A stretch of 64,000 nucleotides of DNA. Source: an uncultured Pseudobdellovibrionaceae bacterium (lineage in GTDB: Bacteria; Bdellovibrionota; FAC87; UBA2466). The notes beneath the pieces were generated by a model that did no database searches, had not been told where the DNA came from, and saw nothing but the letters and a program-made list of their open reading frames with translations. The stretch covers positions 4,674-68,673 of the forward strand of contig CAZFMF010000018.1 of NCBI GenBank assembly GCA_964519985.1, in the 5' to 3' direction. The first letter of the stretch is position 1. Every line of letters begins with the position of its first letter. Shown here in pieces: positions 48,609 to 58,035 of this stretch. Made by a program: the position numbers and the translations under genes.

Positions 48609-48920
48609 TCAGTCTTCTTCGGAAGCCTGACCGATCGCCAGACAAGCCCCGCCGATTTCGTCCCCGATTTCCGGGAAGATATCGTCGATATTGTGAACAC
48701 TATTCCAGGCGAGCGCGGTCACGCGCTCGTCTTCCTCATCAAACGGCCATTCGTTTGGAAGGGCCGTCAGTAAATCCGTGATTTGTTTTCGCAAGCGAGT
48801 GAGCAGGTCGTCATCCGGGTGCTGGCCCAGCGACTCGTCGATCTGCCGGACGGCTTCGCGCAAGTGCGCCTCGGCCGTGGCTCTCAACTGATCGAGATCT
48901 TTAGTTGGTTTTTTGGACAT
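48609..48920 (-). CDS. Small acidic cytoplasmic protein; candidate immunity/antitoxin partner of the upstream gene
   Basis: About 103 aa from 'MSKKPTKDLDQLR'. Very acidic (DDDLL, FDEEDE, SEED). Overlaps the stop of the 457-aa gene by about 20 nt. Confidence 0.3.
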   Translation of the reverse strand: MSKKPTKDLDQLRATAEAHLREAVRQIDESLGQHPDDDLLTRLRKQITDLLTALPNEWPFDEEDERVTALAWNSVHNIDDIFPEIGDEIGGACLAIGQASEED

Positions 48921-50274
48921 AGCGCCCCCACTCTGGCGGCAGGATATATTGAATGCCTCCGCCGTTACCGCCGACACCGGCAATCTCGCCGCTCTTGAAA
49001 TCTTCGATGACGGTCTCTAAGACCTCCATCGTCTGTTTGACCTTATACCGGACGAGGATGCGCCCCTGTAAGTCAATTCCGAGTTTCGCCGGATCACTTC
49101 CCAATGGGGTACTGAAAATTCCCGGCACACCCCCGGTTCGGGTCCACTGTTCCACGACGGTCCCGGGTCGCAGTTTGATTTTTCGAATGCGGGAATAGCG
49201 TCGCGCGCTTTGCATATGCTTGGCCAAGGAGCGGTGCTGGCGGGCCAGCGTTTTGGGGTCGGCGCGCATGGAGCTGCGTCCTAAGTAAATCGAAGGGTGC
49301 TCCATCAACCATTCTTCCAATAGCTGCCGCCCGACCCGTTGCTCCGCCCGATTGACCCGGTCTAAACGGCTCTTGGGTTTTCGCCCCTTCTTCACTTTCA
49401 CCGCGGTCCCCACCGGCGTGGTGGCGATTTCGGCCGTCTCCGCCATTCGCTCGGCGGCCCGCGCCGCGCGCGCGCCCTTGGTGACAGCCAGAACGGCAGT
49501 GGCGATTTCCAGTACGCCGAGGGTCACCCACTTGGCGACGAGCTCCGTTTCCTTACCGGCCTGCACGGCCTTGTCCCAGTCCGCCTGCATTGAATCGCGA
49601 ACCGAATCAAAGAGTGACTGCGCAAAGTCCCGGGCCGTTTTGGCGGCCTCCTGCTTTTGTTGGTCGGTGCCGAAGTAAAGCTTAAGCGTGAAGATCGTCC
49701 ACGCTTTCATCAATTCGAGAGCCCGTTCTCGCGCGTCCGCCTCGGAGGCCAGGGAGTAAGCAAGTTTGAAAAGGTCGGCGATTCCGACGACGGTACCTTT
49801 GGCGAACTGGTACGCGCCTTTGGTCGCGCCCACTCCCAGATCGAACTGGGTCAAATCCCATTTATCGTCGATAGTTTTGCGGTGCTCTTCCGCCAAAGCT
49901 TCCAGCGGAGCTTCGACCGCTTGTTCCCACCAACCCGGATAGCGCGCCTGAAACGCGATGGCCTCGTTCAGCTTTTGCACGCTTAGGTCGCGCAAGGCGT
50001 CCGTTTTGGAAAGGCGAAAAAGGAAGGTTTCTAAGTCGGAGTTGCTGGCGATGCGCAAAGCGAGGGAGTCGACGGCGGCGGGATCGGCGCTTCGGCGCAG
50101 ATGTCTTAACGTCCGGGCCGCCCATTCCGTCCGAAACTCCACGGACTTTCCCGAGCCCAGAGCAAGGCGCCGGGGTTGGTCGAGCGAAAGCCCATCCTCC
50201 TCCCGGCTTGGTTCCCTAAAGTGTTGAAAAAGCATCCGCCAATCGCCTCGAGGATCCGTCAAAGCAACCGCCAT
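48901..50274 (-). CDS. Hypothetical 457-aa protein; candidate two-part toxin-like protein (N-terminal helical region, basic C-terminal domain)
   Basis: No recognisable family. A central hydrophobic helix 'WVTLGVLEIATAVLAVT'. A Lys/Arg-rich C-terminal ~150 aa ending 'GGNGGGIQYILPPEWGRYVQKTN'. Immediately followed by an overlapping small acidic ORF. Confidence 0.3.
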   Translation of the reverse strand: MAVALTDPRGDWRMLFQHFREPSREEDGLSLDQPRRLALGSGKSVEFRTEWAARTLRHLRRSADPAAVDSLALRIASNSDLETFLFRLSKTDALRDLSVQKLNEAIAFQARYPGWWEQAVEAPLEALAEEHRKTIDDKWDLTQFDLGVGATKGAYQFAKGTVVGIADLFKLAYSLASEADARERALELMKAWTIFTLKLYFGTDQQKQEAAKTARDFAQSLFDSVRDSMQADWDKAVQAGKETELVAKWVTLGVLEIATAVLAVTKGARAARAAERMAETAEIATTPVGTAVKVKKGRKPKSRLDRVNRAEQRVGRQLLEEWLMEHPSIYLGRSSMRADPKTLARQHRSLAKHMQSARRYSRIRKIKLRPGTVVEQWTRTGGVPGIFSTPLGSDPAKLGIDLQGRILVRYKVKQTMEVLETVIEDFKSGEIAGVGGNGGGIQYILPPEWGRYVQKTN

Positions 50275-50358
50275 ACCAAAGGTAACTAGGCTGGAAATAA
50301 CGGATTGAGGAGGGTCGGTCTCAGAGATGAAGCGTCAAACCCGAGACGGTGGTCGCCG

Positions 50359-51153
50359 CTACAAGCCTAGGCGTTCCGCGATGGCTTTGCGCTCCGGGGA
50401 GTCCTTCTCGATACGCTGAGCCGGAACGAGGGTCTTGATCACGAGCGCCTCGTCACCGATCGCCAGGGCGGTTTCGGGATGGAAAAAACCATTGGGAGTT
50501 TGGGAAATCAAAGTGCGAAAGCCGCTCCCCAAACGTTGGAAGGCGATCGGTTTGCCGCCCACGAGGGCGCGGTTTTCATTAAAAGCCAGCAACTCGCCTT
50601 CTTCGTCCCGGTACTGCAAAACTTCCCCATCCGACGAAAGCACGAGAATCTCATTTTGAAGCGCCACTACCGCCGTGGCCGAGGGGGCTTGAAGCGGCAC
50701 CCACGTTTTGAAGCGAGGCCGATAAACGGATAGGACCCCGTCTTCATCCAATCGTAAGACGTGTTCGCGGAAGGCCGCAATCGCCCGGGTCCTTTCGGAG
50801 CCGGGAAGGGTATTTCCCGTACCGTCTTTGACCACCCCGTCGACCAGGGCAAAGGCTTGTCGCACCTCAGTTACCGCGAAACTGGGATGGTCGGGAACCG
50901 TGTCATTTGCGGTCAGGACGATTCGGTCGGTCGGTTTTCCCCACTTCACGCCGGCGTAAAAGCTGATGCCCGCAATCACGTGGGCGGCGACTAGCCCGAC
51001 GCAGATGGCCGTTTTATGCTTGGCAATGCTTTGCCATTGGCGCCGCAGCGGGGAGGGTTTGGCCGTCTCGTCCGCCCGGGCGGGCGCGGGTAAAGTGCCG
51101 ACGAGCAGCAAAATCAAAAGAATCCAAAGACTTAGTTTTCGCACGCGCACCAA
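50359..51153 (-). CDS. Hypothetical secreted/membrane-anchored protein
   Basis: Signal/anchor 'LSLWILLILLLVGTLPAPARA' and a second TM. No family recognised. Confidence 0.4.
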   Translation of the reverse strand: MVRVRKLSLWILLILLLVGTLPAPARADETAKPSPLRRQWQSIAKHKTAICVGLVAAHVIAGISFYAGVKWGKPTDRIVLTANDTVPDHPSFAVTEVRQAFALVDGVVKDGTGNTLPGSERTRAIAAFREHVLRLDEDGVLSVYRPRFKTWVPLQAPSATAVVALQNEILVLSSDGEVLQYRDEEGELLAFNENRALVGGKPIAFQRLGSGFRTLISQTPNGFFHPETALAIGDEALVIKTLVPAQRIEKDSPERKAIAERLGL

Positions 51154-51243
51154 GAAACCACACTCCTCACGGGGAGAGGGCTTATAGCAAGTTCCGATGG
51201 GCGGATCAATGTCGGACGGGCGGTGGCGGTGTATAGTAAGTCC

Positions 51244-52578
51244 ATGTCCGGAAAAGAGATTTTGTCTTCCATCGTCTGCCCCGGCTGTCGGGAGTCGCTT
51301 TCCGATTCCTACCGCTGTGCCAAATGTGGGACCGAATTCCCATTACTCGACGCAATCCCCGTGTTGACGCCAAACCCCGATGCGACCCTGGCGGCGTGGA
51401 AAAACCGGTGGCTGGGATGGCGGGCGGTCCTTCAGCGAGATAATGCCAAAGCGCAGGCGGGAATGCAGAACGGGTCTCTTTCCGGATTGACGCGGCGTCG
51501 TCTGGAAAAGCTTTGCCGCGCCTACGCCGAACAGGACCGTCTGGTCTCCGATCTATTGGCGCCGCTGGGGGTGACCGGCCAAGCGGTTGACCCGATTGAC
51601 GAGGTCATGGGGGGCCGCCTGCCTTTGAATTTTTCTTTGGCCGGCTACGAAACCAACCTGCACCGGGATTGGGCCTGGGGAGACGCCGAGAACCAGGCCA
51701 GCATCGACTGTCTCAAAGGCTTGGGCGTCAGCCGTCCGGGTAAGACCTTGATCCTGGGCGCCGGCTGGGGGCGACTCGCCTACGATTTCCATCAGGAATT
51801 TGCGCCCACCCAGACCATCGCATCGGATCTGAATCCCCTCTGTCTCTTGATCGCCAAGCAATTGAGCGCGGGCCGAACGCTTCGCCTACACGAATTCCCG
51901 GTGGCGCCTCGTTCCTTGGATCAGGTTTCAATCCTGCGGGAATTGAAGGCTCCCAAGCCCGCGTCGGATTCGCTGCGTTTCGTGCTGAGCGACGCACTGG
52001 CTCCGCCTTTTGCCGACGGAAGTTTTGATACCATCCTCACCCCATGGCTAGTCGATGTGGTGCGCGAAGATTTTCGGATTTTTTCTAAACGGATTAACGC
52101 GCTGCTTAAACCGGGCGGTCACTGGATCGAGTTTGGTTCGCTTACCTTCTTGGGCGGCGATCCGGCAATGCATTACTCCCCGCAGGAAGCGCAGGAATGG
52201 TTGAAAGAGGCGGGTTTCGAAATCGCGGCATCCGCGGAACCGGAAGTTCCTTATTTGAGGTGTCCCGACAGCCGCCATTCCCGTCTGGAAACGCTTTGGA
52301 CGTTTCGCGCGATTAAGAAAACGACCGTGCCGATGCCAACGGTGACCAAGCTTCTGCCCGAGTGGTTGGAAAAGCCCGACCAACCGATTCCGCGGCGGCC
52401 CGGCTTTTCGACTGCCCTGGTCACCCACACGCTTTTCGGGGAGATCCTTCGCATGATCGATGGCAGACATTCGGTCCGAGATCTGGCGGCGATGTTGACT
52501 CAGCGTTACCAGCTGGAACCGGCCCGGGCGTTGGAAGCGGTGACCCATTTTCTCTCCGCCCAGGTGGAACAAGCGTGA
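51244..52578 (+). CDS. Tripartite protein: Trm112-like zinc ribbon + class I SAM methyltransferase + C-terminal PqqD-like domain
   Basis: 'SIVCPGCRESLSDSYRCAKCGTEFPLLDAIPVL' (CxxC...CxxC). 'TLILGAGWGRLAYDF' MTase motif I. C-terminal 'LFGEILRMIDGRHSVRDLAAMLTQRYQLEPARALEAVTHFLSAQV' matches the PqqD/RRE pattern. The ATG at 51244 is preferred over the track's GTG at 51223. Confidence 0.6.
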   Translation: MSGKEILSSIVCPGCRESLSDSYRCAKCGTEFPLLDAIPVLTPNPDATLAAWKNRWLGWRAVLQRDNAKAQAGMQNGSLSGLTRRRLEKLCRAYAEQDRLVSDLLAPLGVTGQAVDPIDEVMGGRLPLNFSLAGYETNLHRDWAWGDAENQASIDCLKGLGVSRPGKTLILGAGWGRLAYDFHQEFAPTQTIASDLNPLCLLIAKQLSAGRTLRLHEFPVAPRSLDQVSILRELKAPKPASDSLRFVLSDALAPPFADGSFDTILTPWLVDVVREDFRIFSKRINALLKPGGHWIEFGSLTFLGGDPAMHYSPQEAQEWLKEAGFEIAASAEPEVPYLRCPDSRHSRLETLWTFRAIKKTTVPMPTVTKLLPEWLEKPDQPIPRRPGFSTALVTHTLFGEILRMIDGRHSVRDLAAMLTQRYQLEPARALEAVTHFLSAQVEQA

Positions 52579-52628
52579 AGCGGGCAGAATTGCTTTACGC
52601 CGTCGGCCAAAGCGTTTAATCGATCACT

Positions 52629-53402
52629 ATGTTCCCTCTCTACTACTCCGAGTTCTCGGTCTTCAATTACCACCAGATCCCGGCGGGATACTACTACCAG
52701 GTCATGAAGACGGGAGCGGCCGCGCAGCGGTTTTGGCACCGGGAGAAATTCATGGCGGTCGCACGCACCATCAAGGATGGGTCGCGGGTTTTGGATTTTG
52801 GTTGCGGGCCGGGAAGTTTCCTCGATGTCCTCGGCGAGAACTTTCCCAAGCTGACGGCGGTGGGAGTGGACCAAGCCACCAACCAGATTGAATTCGCCTC
52901 GCAGAACATTGCACCGAAACACGGCCCGGATCGCATTCGCTTCCAAGCGCTCGCCGAGTCGGACCCGGGTCTACCCTTCGAAGATGGGGCCTTCGACCAG
53001 GTAACGATCATCGAGGTGGTTGAACATATTCACCCGTACTATACCAATGCCATTTTACGGGAAGCGCTGCGGGTGTTGAAACCCACCGGGAAGCTCGTCG
53101 TCACGTCACCCAATTACCGATCCCTTTGGCCCCTGATCGAAAAAATTCTAGAGAAATTGAGTCCGGTCAAATACCACGATCAACACATCAACAAGCTCAC
53201 ACCTAATTCGGCGTTGAAAATCGTCGAGTCGGCCGGCTTTAAAGTCGATTCGGTGAAAACGATCTTTATCATCGCGCCTTTTCTATCGGGAATTAGCGAG
53301 AAGCTGGCGCGCTGGTTTTACGCGCTGGAGAAGCGGTTTTTTCCGCGGCTGGGCAGCTTGCTTATTCTTGAGGCGCGGCCACTTTTTCGGGCCAAAAGTT
53401 AG
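52629..53402 (+). CDS. Class I SAM-dependent methyltransferase
   Basis: 'SRVLDFGCGPGSFLDVLG' motif I, and 'LKPTGKLVVTSPN'. Confidence 0.8.
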   Translation: MFPLYYSEFSVFNYHQIPAGYYYQVMKTGAAAQRFWHREKFMAVARTIKDGSRVLDFGCGPGSFLDVLGENFPKLTAVGVDQATNQIEFASQNIAPKHGPDRIRFQALAESDPGLPFEDGAFDQVTIIEVVEHIHPYYTNAILREALRVLKPTGKLVVTSPNYRSLWPLIEKILEKLSPVKYHDQHINKLTPNSALKIVESAGFKVDSVKTIFIIAPFLSGISEKLARWFYALEKRFFPRLGSLLILEARPLFRAKS

Positions 53403-54699
53403 TACTGAGGACCGTCACGCCCGCGCCCACCGCTACGAACAAAGCGATCTGCCAAAAGCCCGAGTGGGTTGGGCAAACCCAGGCCCAGTGGGAAAGGTGA
53501 GGCGACCACCCCTGGAAGTAGTTGCGGGCTTGGCACCCCATGACAAACGCCGCCGGCGGATCGTTGCCCCCGCGCAGCGGATCGCTCCATACCCACCAAC
53601 GGTGAAGCAGGCCGGTGTATCCCACGATCAGGGCGAGGACGGCCCAGCGACGGGAGTGGAGCAAGGCCGCAAAAGCAAAAACGTTTAAGAGTAGGAACAC
53701 GATCGCGAACCAGCTGAAAAAGCGCTCGTAGTTCCCACCGCCGAAAACCGAAATGAGACTGGAGAGCGCACCGGCTAGGACGAGAAACGGAATGCGAGCG
53801 CGAATTTCGGCGGGGACGGTCACCCACGCTTGGCGACCCGCGGCCCACCAAAGCAGGATGGTGGGACCAAAAACCGCGACGTAGGACCAGAGGATCGGGG
53901 TGAAGTAGGCCTTGCTCGACCAAAAAATCAAGACTCCGAGCTTAGAGGAAACCGCGCGCGATCCTACGATGCTGACTGCGATCGCCATGGCGGCAACACT
54001 TCCGGCCGCGATAGCCAGCGTATTGGCGATTCGATCGCGATCCAGTGGCCAGGCGAACTTCCCATTGGGTTGGCGCACAAACCATGCGAGCGGCAGGAAG
54101 GGCGAGTAAAGGAGGAAGCTCTCTCGTACCAACCCACCGACGAGAAACAATCCAAAATAGAAAAATGTGTCGCGCAGGCGCGGGCCGCGAGTCAATGCGG
54201 CCCAAAACGCGATCAGGCCTAAGAAGTTGGAGGCGATGTCGGGCGTCGACGGATACCAACCCACGAAACGCGCCGCCGCGAGTTCACCCAGATTCAGCGG
54301 AAGCCACGCCAATACGATTGCGGCGTAGTTACCGGGGAGTAGGGTACTGAGCATCACCCAGGACAAGACCCCGAAGAGGGTCGCCAGCACGTAGTTGATC
54401 TGTTCCAACGTATCCAGCGTGTTCGCATGGCGCCCCGTAATCGCGCGGGAAGTTTTCTGGATGGTCGCGGCTAAAAACGGAACGGCGACTCGCACGTTAA
54501 AAGGCTCCACGATCTCAGACATGGCAGGTTTACCGTCGCGGAAGTGATCCACCAGGCGGCCATACTGGATACCGTCCCAACCGTAGCCATCACCTTGTAG
54601 AATCCGTTCCTGAAATACGACGCAAGGGAGGACGACCAGGAGTGAAAGCCCCAGGCCCCAGTACCAGCGGGCCCAATTGAGAGAATAGCGCGTCGTCAT
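53362..54699 (-). CDS. Polytopic membrane protein, GT-C-like (putative glycosyl/arabinosyl-transferase-type)
   Basis: Starts at 'MTTRYSLNWARWYWGLGLSLLVV' (ATGA overlap with the FkbM gene stop). At least 10 TM helices. Confidence 0.45.
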   Translation of the reverse strand: MTTRYSLNWARWYWGLGLSLLVVLPCVVFQERILQGDGYGWDGIQYGRLVDHFRDGKPAMSEIVEPFNVRVAVPFLAATIQKTSRAITGRHANTLDTLEQINYVLATLFGVLSWVMLSTLLPGNYAAIVLAWLPLNLGELAAARFVGWYPSTPDIASNFLGLIAFWAALTRGPRLRDTFFYFGLFLVGGLVRESFLLYSPFLPLAWFVRQPNGKFAWPLDRDRIANTLAIAAGSVAAMAIAVSIVGSRAVSSKLGVLIFWSSKAYFTPILWSYVAVFGPTILLWWAAGRQAWVTVPAEIRARIPFLVLAGALSSLISVFGGGNYERFFSWFAIVFLLLNVFAFAALLHSRRWAVLALIVGYTGLLHRWWVWSDPLRGGNDPPAAFVMGCQARNYFQGWSPHLSHWAWVCPTHSGFWQIALFVAVGAGVTVLSTNFWPEKVAAPQE

Positions 54700-55550
54700 T
54701 CGTGGGGAGAACCGTATCGGACCGGCATCTGGGCCCGCAAGGGAAACCGGGTTGAGAGCAGGTTCACGGGGTGGCCTTCCAATCCGGACTCTGGCAGCGG
54801 GGTGTGAAAGCCCAAAGCCGCGAGATAGTCGACGACGGGTTGGGAGACGAGTTTGCCATCTCCGCCCCAATGCGCTTCGAAAATGATCGCTTTCGGTGGC
54901 GACTGGCGGAGTGTGGCTTCTAAACCCTGGAGCGCCTCCAACTCGGCGCCTTCGATATCTAGCTTAATGAGCGTCGGGGCCGGCGCATGGCCCTGAGCGA
55001 TCCAATCATCGCCCCGAAAGCACGGGACTTCGATGGACTCGTTGTTCCAACGCGGCTCAAACCCACCCACACCGCGATTGGCGGAAAGCCCCGTGAAGAA
55101 CGGGCGCGCCTCGTTTCGGGACGATAGGGCAACTCCGTGCGGTTGGACCGGAAGGTCCGGATTGAGCCGCCGGTTTTTTTCGAGCTGGGCGAACACGGGG
55201 GGATTGGGTTCAAAGCAATGGACGGTCCGCACCCCGGGATGCTGAGCGGCCAAGAAAGTGAAGCTGCCAATATTGGCGCCGATATCCCAGATGATCTCCT
55301 TCGCATCGACGAAAGGGACCAATCGGTCCCAAACCTCTCGCTCGTAGGCGCCGGTCTTGAGGATCTCGAACTGGATAAAATCACTGAAGTCTAAGCTCAA
55401 GTGCGCCTGTTCGCCGTAGGGAACGACAAAGCGGGGTCGCCCGAGAAAACGGTGCAAACCCGTCCAGATGCGCAGCTTCCCCGGATGGTCGGGCCCGAAG
55501 TAGTAGCGCAGGAGCCAATGGGAAAGCGTGGCTGTGAGTGACCAAGTCAT
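54696..55550 (-). CDS. FkbM-family methyltransferase
   Basis: 'EIIWDIGANIGSFTFLAAQHPGVRTVHCFEPNPPVFAQLEKN' is the FkbM signature. The start is at an internal Met (MTWSLTATL). Confidence 0.75.
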   Translation of the reverse strand: MTWSLTATLSHWLLRYYFGPDHPGKLRIWTGLHRFLGRPRFVVPYGEQAHLSLDFSDFIQFEILKTGAYEREVWDRLVPFVDAKEIIWDIGANIGSFTFLAAQHPGVRTVHCFEPNPPVFAQLEKNRRLNPDLPVQPHGVALSSRNEARPFFTGLSANRGVGGFEPRWNNESIEVPCFRGDDWIAQGHAPAPTLIKLDIEGAELEALQGLEATLRQSPPKAIIFEAHWGGDGKLVSQPVVDYLAALGFHTPLPESGLEGHPVNLLSTRFPLRAQMPVRYGSPHE

Positions 55551-55644
55551 GCGAGCCCAAATAGGGTACCCCGAAATCGGGAAATATGCTAAATCGCGCG
55601 GGTTGGGCGGGGATCCGGTGTCCGGGAGTTTTGTGCGTAAACGA

Positions 55645-56736
55645 ATGTTTCTAAGCGGATTGCTTTTTCTCTCCAGCCCCCTGCTTGCGGCCGAGCCAAT
55701 CCCTTCGGAATCCACCGTGCATGTCGACCAGCTCAATGCTTGCGCTAAAGAAGTCGTGAAACAGCAGACTCCGGAGGAGGCCCTGCGGCGGTTGGGCATT
55801 TCGCCTACTCCCAACGCTTTTGCTTCCGCTTTTTCCATTTGTGTGCGGATGGCGGAAGGTCTGGTTTGCGGCGGGGGAGAAAGTGCGCCGCAGTTTCACC
55901 GGGTGCGGGCGCAGATTGCGGAAGCCGCGACCTTCTTGAGCGACATTTACGTCGATGCGCTGGGGGACACGCACCGGCCGTATCTCTTCCAAGAACTCAT
56001 TCTAGTCCCCGGAGAATTTTCAAAGCCCACGCTCGAACTTCAGGGCACGCGGTTGTTCGTGGCGATTCCGCGGGGCATGATTTTCGGCGCATTCAAACCC
56101 CTGTCCGCCCGAGACTTGCGCCGGCTTTGGGATTCCGGTGCTCACCTTCACAAGGACGCGAAGGAAAAAAAGTATTGGCGCTTTCTCAACCCGGTCGGAG
56201 AGTTCCGCGTCGGCATTCGACATGTTTTGGTGAAACTTCGTTTGAAGCTTGGGGCGCGGCTCCAAGAGTTGGAGAACCGTCTGGCGGTGGAAAAGCGTAA
56301 AGCTTTGATCCACCTGCCGAGCGACTCGGAATCGGCCGAAAGTATTCGGCAGCGCATCTCTTCTCTTGATGATGCGTTGGTCGAGAGGCTGTTCGAACGG
56401 GTGCAGGCTAAGGTTCGCGATCCCAAATCGTTGGACGATTTGGAGAACGCCGGTATGGCTCGGATCGCGGAATCCCGCTCCGCCCGCGACTATTCGATCT
56501 GGATCTTGGGCGCACTGTCTGGGTACGGAAACGAACACGACGTCCATGTTGGGGTTGCCTATTCTCGGTGGGCGCAGTTCGTGCGCGCGACGGAAAACCC
56601 ACGTCGGACGCGAGTCGTCGTCACCGGTTTTTTCTTCGCTGGTTACACCATCGACAACATCAGTGTGAATCTCGACTTTGCCGGTAGCCTTGAAGCCGGG
56701 GCAATAACGGACGCCCTGGACGAGATCGAAAACTAA
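55645..56736 (+). CDS. Hypothetical secreted protein
   Basis: Signal peptide 'MFLSGLLFLSSPLLAAEP'. No family recognised. Confidence 0.4.
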   Translation: MFLSGLLFLSSPLLAAEPIPSESTVHVDQLNACAKEVVKQQTPEEALRRLGISPTPNAFASAFSICVRMAEGLVCGGGESAPQFHRVRAQIAEAATFLSDIYVDALGDTHRPYLFQELILVPGEFSKPTLELQGTRLFVAIPRGMIFGAFKPLSARDLRRLWDSGAHLHKDAKEKKYWRFLNPVGEFRVGIRHVLVKLRLKLGARLQELENRLAVEKRKALIHLPSDSESAESIRQRISSLDDALVERLFERVQAKVRDPKSLDDLENAGMARIAESRSARDYSIWILGALSGYGNEHDVHVGVAYSRWAQFVRATENPRRTRVVVTGFFFAGYTIDNISVNLDFAGSLEAGAITDALDEIEN

Positions 56737-56738
56737 AG

Positions 56739-57191
56739 ATGTTAGACATCTACATCGACGCCGATGCCTGCCCGGTCAAAGAAGACACCTTTCGCGTCGC
56801 CAAACGCTATGGCTTAAAGGTCTTCGTGGTTTCGCGGGTGCCGATCCACTTGCCGATCGCCGATTGGATCGTACCGGTGGTCGCGGGAGACGGTTTCGAT
56901 CGGGTGGATGACTGGATTGTAGAAAAGATCGCCGCGGGCGATATTGCGGTGACCGGCGATATTCTGTTGGCCCAACGTTGTATTGAAAAATCAGGACGTG
57001 CCATCGATCCCCGGGGACGCATTCTGGATGCCGACAATATTTCGGAAGCGGTATCGATGCGCGAATTGCTCTCCGAGTTGCGGCAGCGGGGGGAGATCGG
57101 GTTGGGACCGGCGAAAATGGGCAAGAAGCATAAATCGAACTACCTCTCGGCCCTCGATGAACTCATTCACCGCATCAAGCGCGGCGTTTAG
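56739..57191 (+). CDS. YaiI/YqgE family protein (UPF0178/DUF188)
   Basis: 'MLDIYIDADACPVKEDTFRVAKRYGLKVFVVS...' family N-terminus. Confidence 0.8.
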   Translation: MLDIYIDADACPVKEDTFRVAKRYGLKVFVVSRVPIHLPIADWIVPVVAGDGFDRVDDWIVEKIAAGDIAVTGDILLAQRCIEKSGRAIDPRGRILDADNISEAVSMRELLSELRQRGEIGLGPAKMGKKHKSNYLSALDELIHRIKRGV

Positions 57192-58027
57192 TCGATCTTC
57201 CGGACCGGCATCAGTTTACGCGCCTGAAGCGCCTCGGTGAGATGAACGGCATCGTGCGGAGAATACACTTTCGCCTCAGTATTGAAGTAAACGTAGGCAT
57301 CCCGTTTTCCCTTCGTCCAGGCCGCGAGTTGCTCCGCGAAACGATCGAGAGACTTTTTCGGATACCCCTTAGCGAACGCTTTTCCTTCCCCGTGCATTCG
57401 CGCGTAGAGAAAATCTGCCGTCGGCTCTTCGCAATATAGAGCGTCCTCACCGCCGTGGGCGAGAACGATGGCGATATTGTATGCACGCAACAGCGCAAAG
57501 AAGTCGGCGTTGAAAAAGCTGGGATGTCGGAACTCGAGAGCATGCCGGACCTTCTTCACCCCTTCGGCCGAAGTCCATTCCCGGCCTTCCATCCGCGCAC
57601 CGTGTTGCCGAGCCAGTTTTTCCGCTTGGACGCCGGTCGACGGGAGGAGTTTCACAAACTTCTCAAAGCGATCGTCTTTCAATTTTACGTTGGGGGGAAA
57701 CTGCCAAAGCACGGGTCCGAGCTTCTCCTTGAGCGCGAGGATGCCGGAAGCAAAAAAATTAGCGATCGGCTCCTCGGCTTCCTTGAGTCGCAGAATATGC
57801 GTAATGAAGCGCGGCGCCTTCAGCGCGAATACAAAGTCGGCCGGGGTCTGAGCGTACCAAGATTGAAAAGATTTCGGCCTCTGTAGGGAATAGAAGGTGC
57901 CGTTGATCTCAATCGTATTGAGGCGCCGGCTCGCATATTCCAGTTCCTTTTTCTGCACCAATCCTTTGGGATAAAAACTCTTCCGCCAGGGTGCAAACGT
58001 CCAACCGGACATGCCGACGCGAATCAT
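57188..58027 (-). CDS. DUF72 (UPF0759) family protein
   Basis: 'MIRVGMSGWTFAPWRKSFYPKGL...LNTIEINGTFYSLQRPKSFQSWYAQTPADFVFALKAPRFITH'. Confidence 0.8.
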   Translation of the reverse strand: MIRVGMSGWTFAPWRKSFYPKGLVQKKELEYASRRLNTIEINGTFYSLQRPKSFQSWYAQTPADFVFALKAPRFITHILRLKEAEEPIANFFASGILALKEKLGPVLWQFPPNVKLKDDRFEKFVKLLPSTGVQAEKLARQHGARMEGREWTSAEGVKKVRHALEFRHPSFFNADFFALLRAYNIAIVLAHGGEDALYCEEPTADFLYARMHGEGKAFAKGYPKKSLDRFAEQLAAWTKGKRDAYVYFNTEAKVYSPHDAVHLTEALQARKLMPVRKID

Positions 58028-58035
58028 TTTTTCTT

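Noticed and set aside
34898-56736. PEP-CTERM sorting signals on the secreted proteins (FN3 lipoprotein, OMP, NHL, FecR, HAF, 50359..51153, 55645..56736)
   Set aside because: I inspected the C-termini of all of them. None shows PEP followed by a hydrophobic helix and a basic tail.
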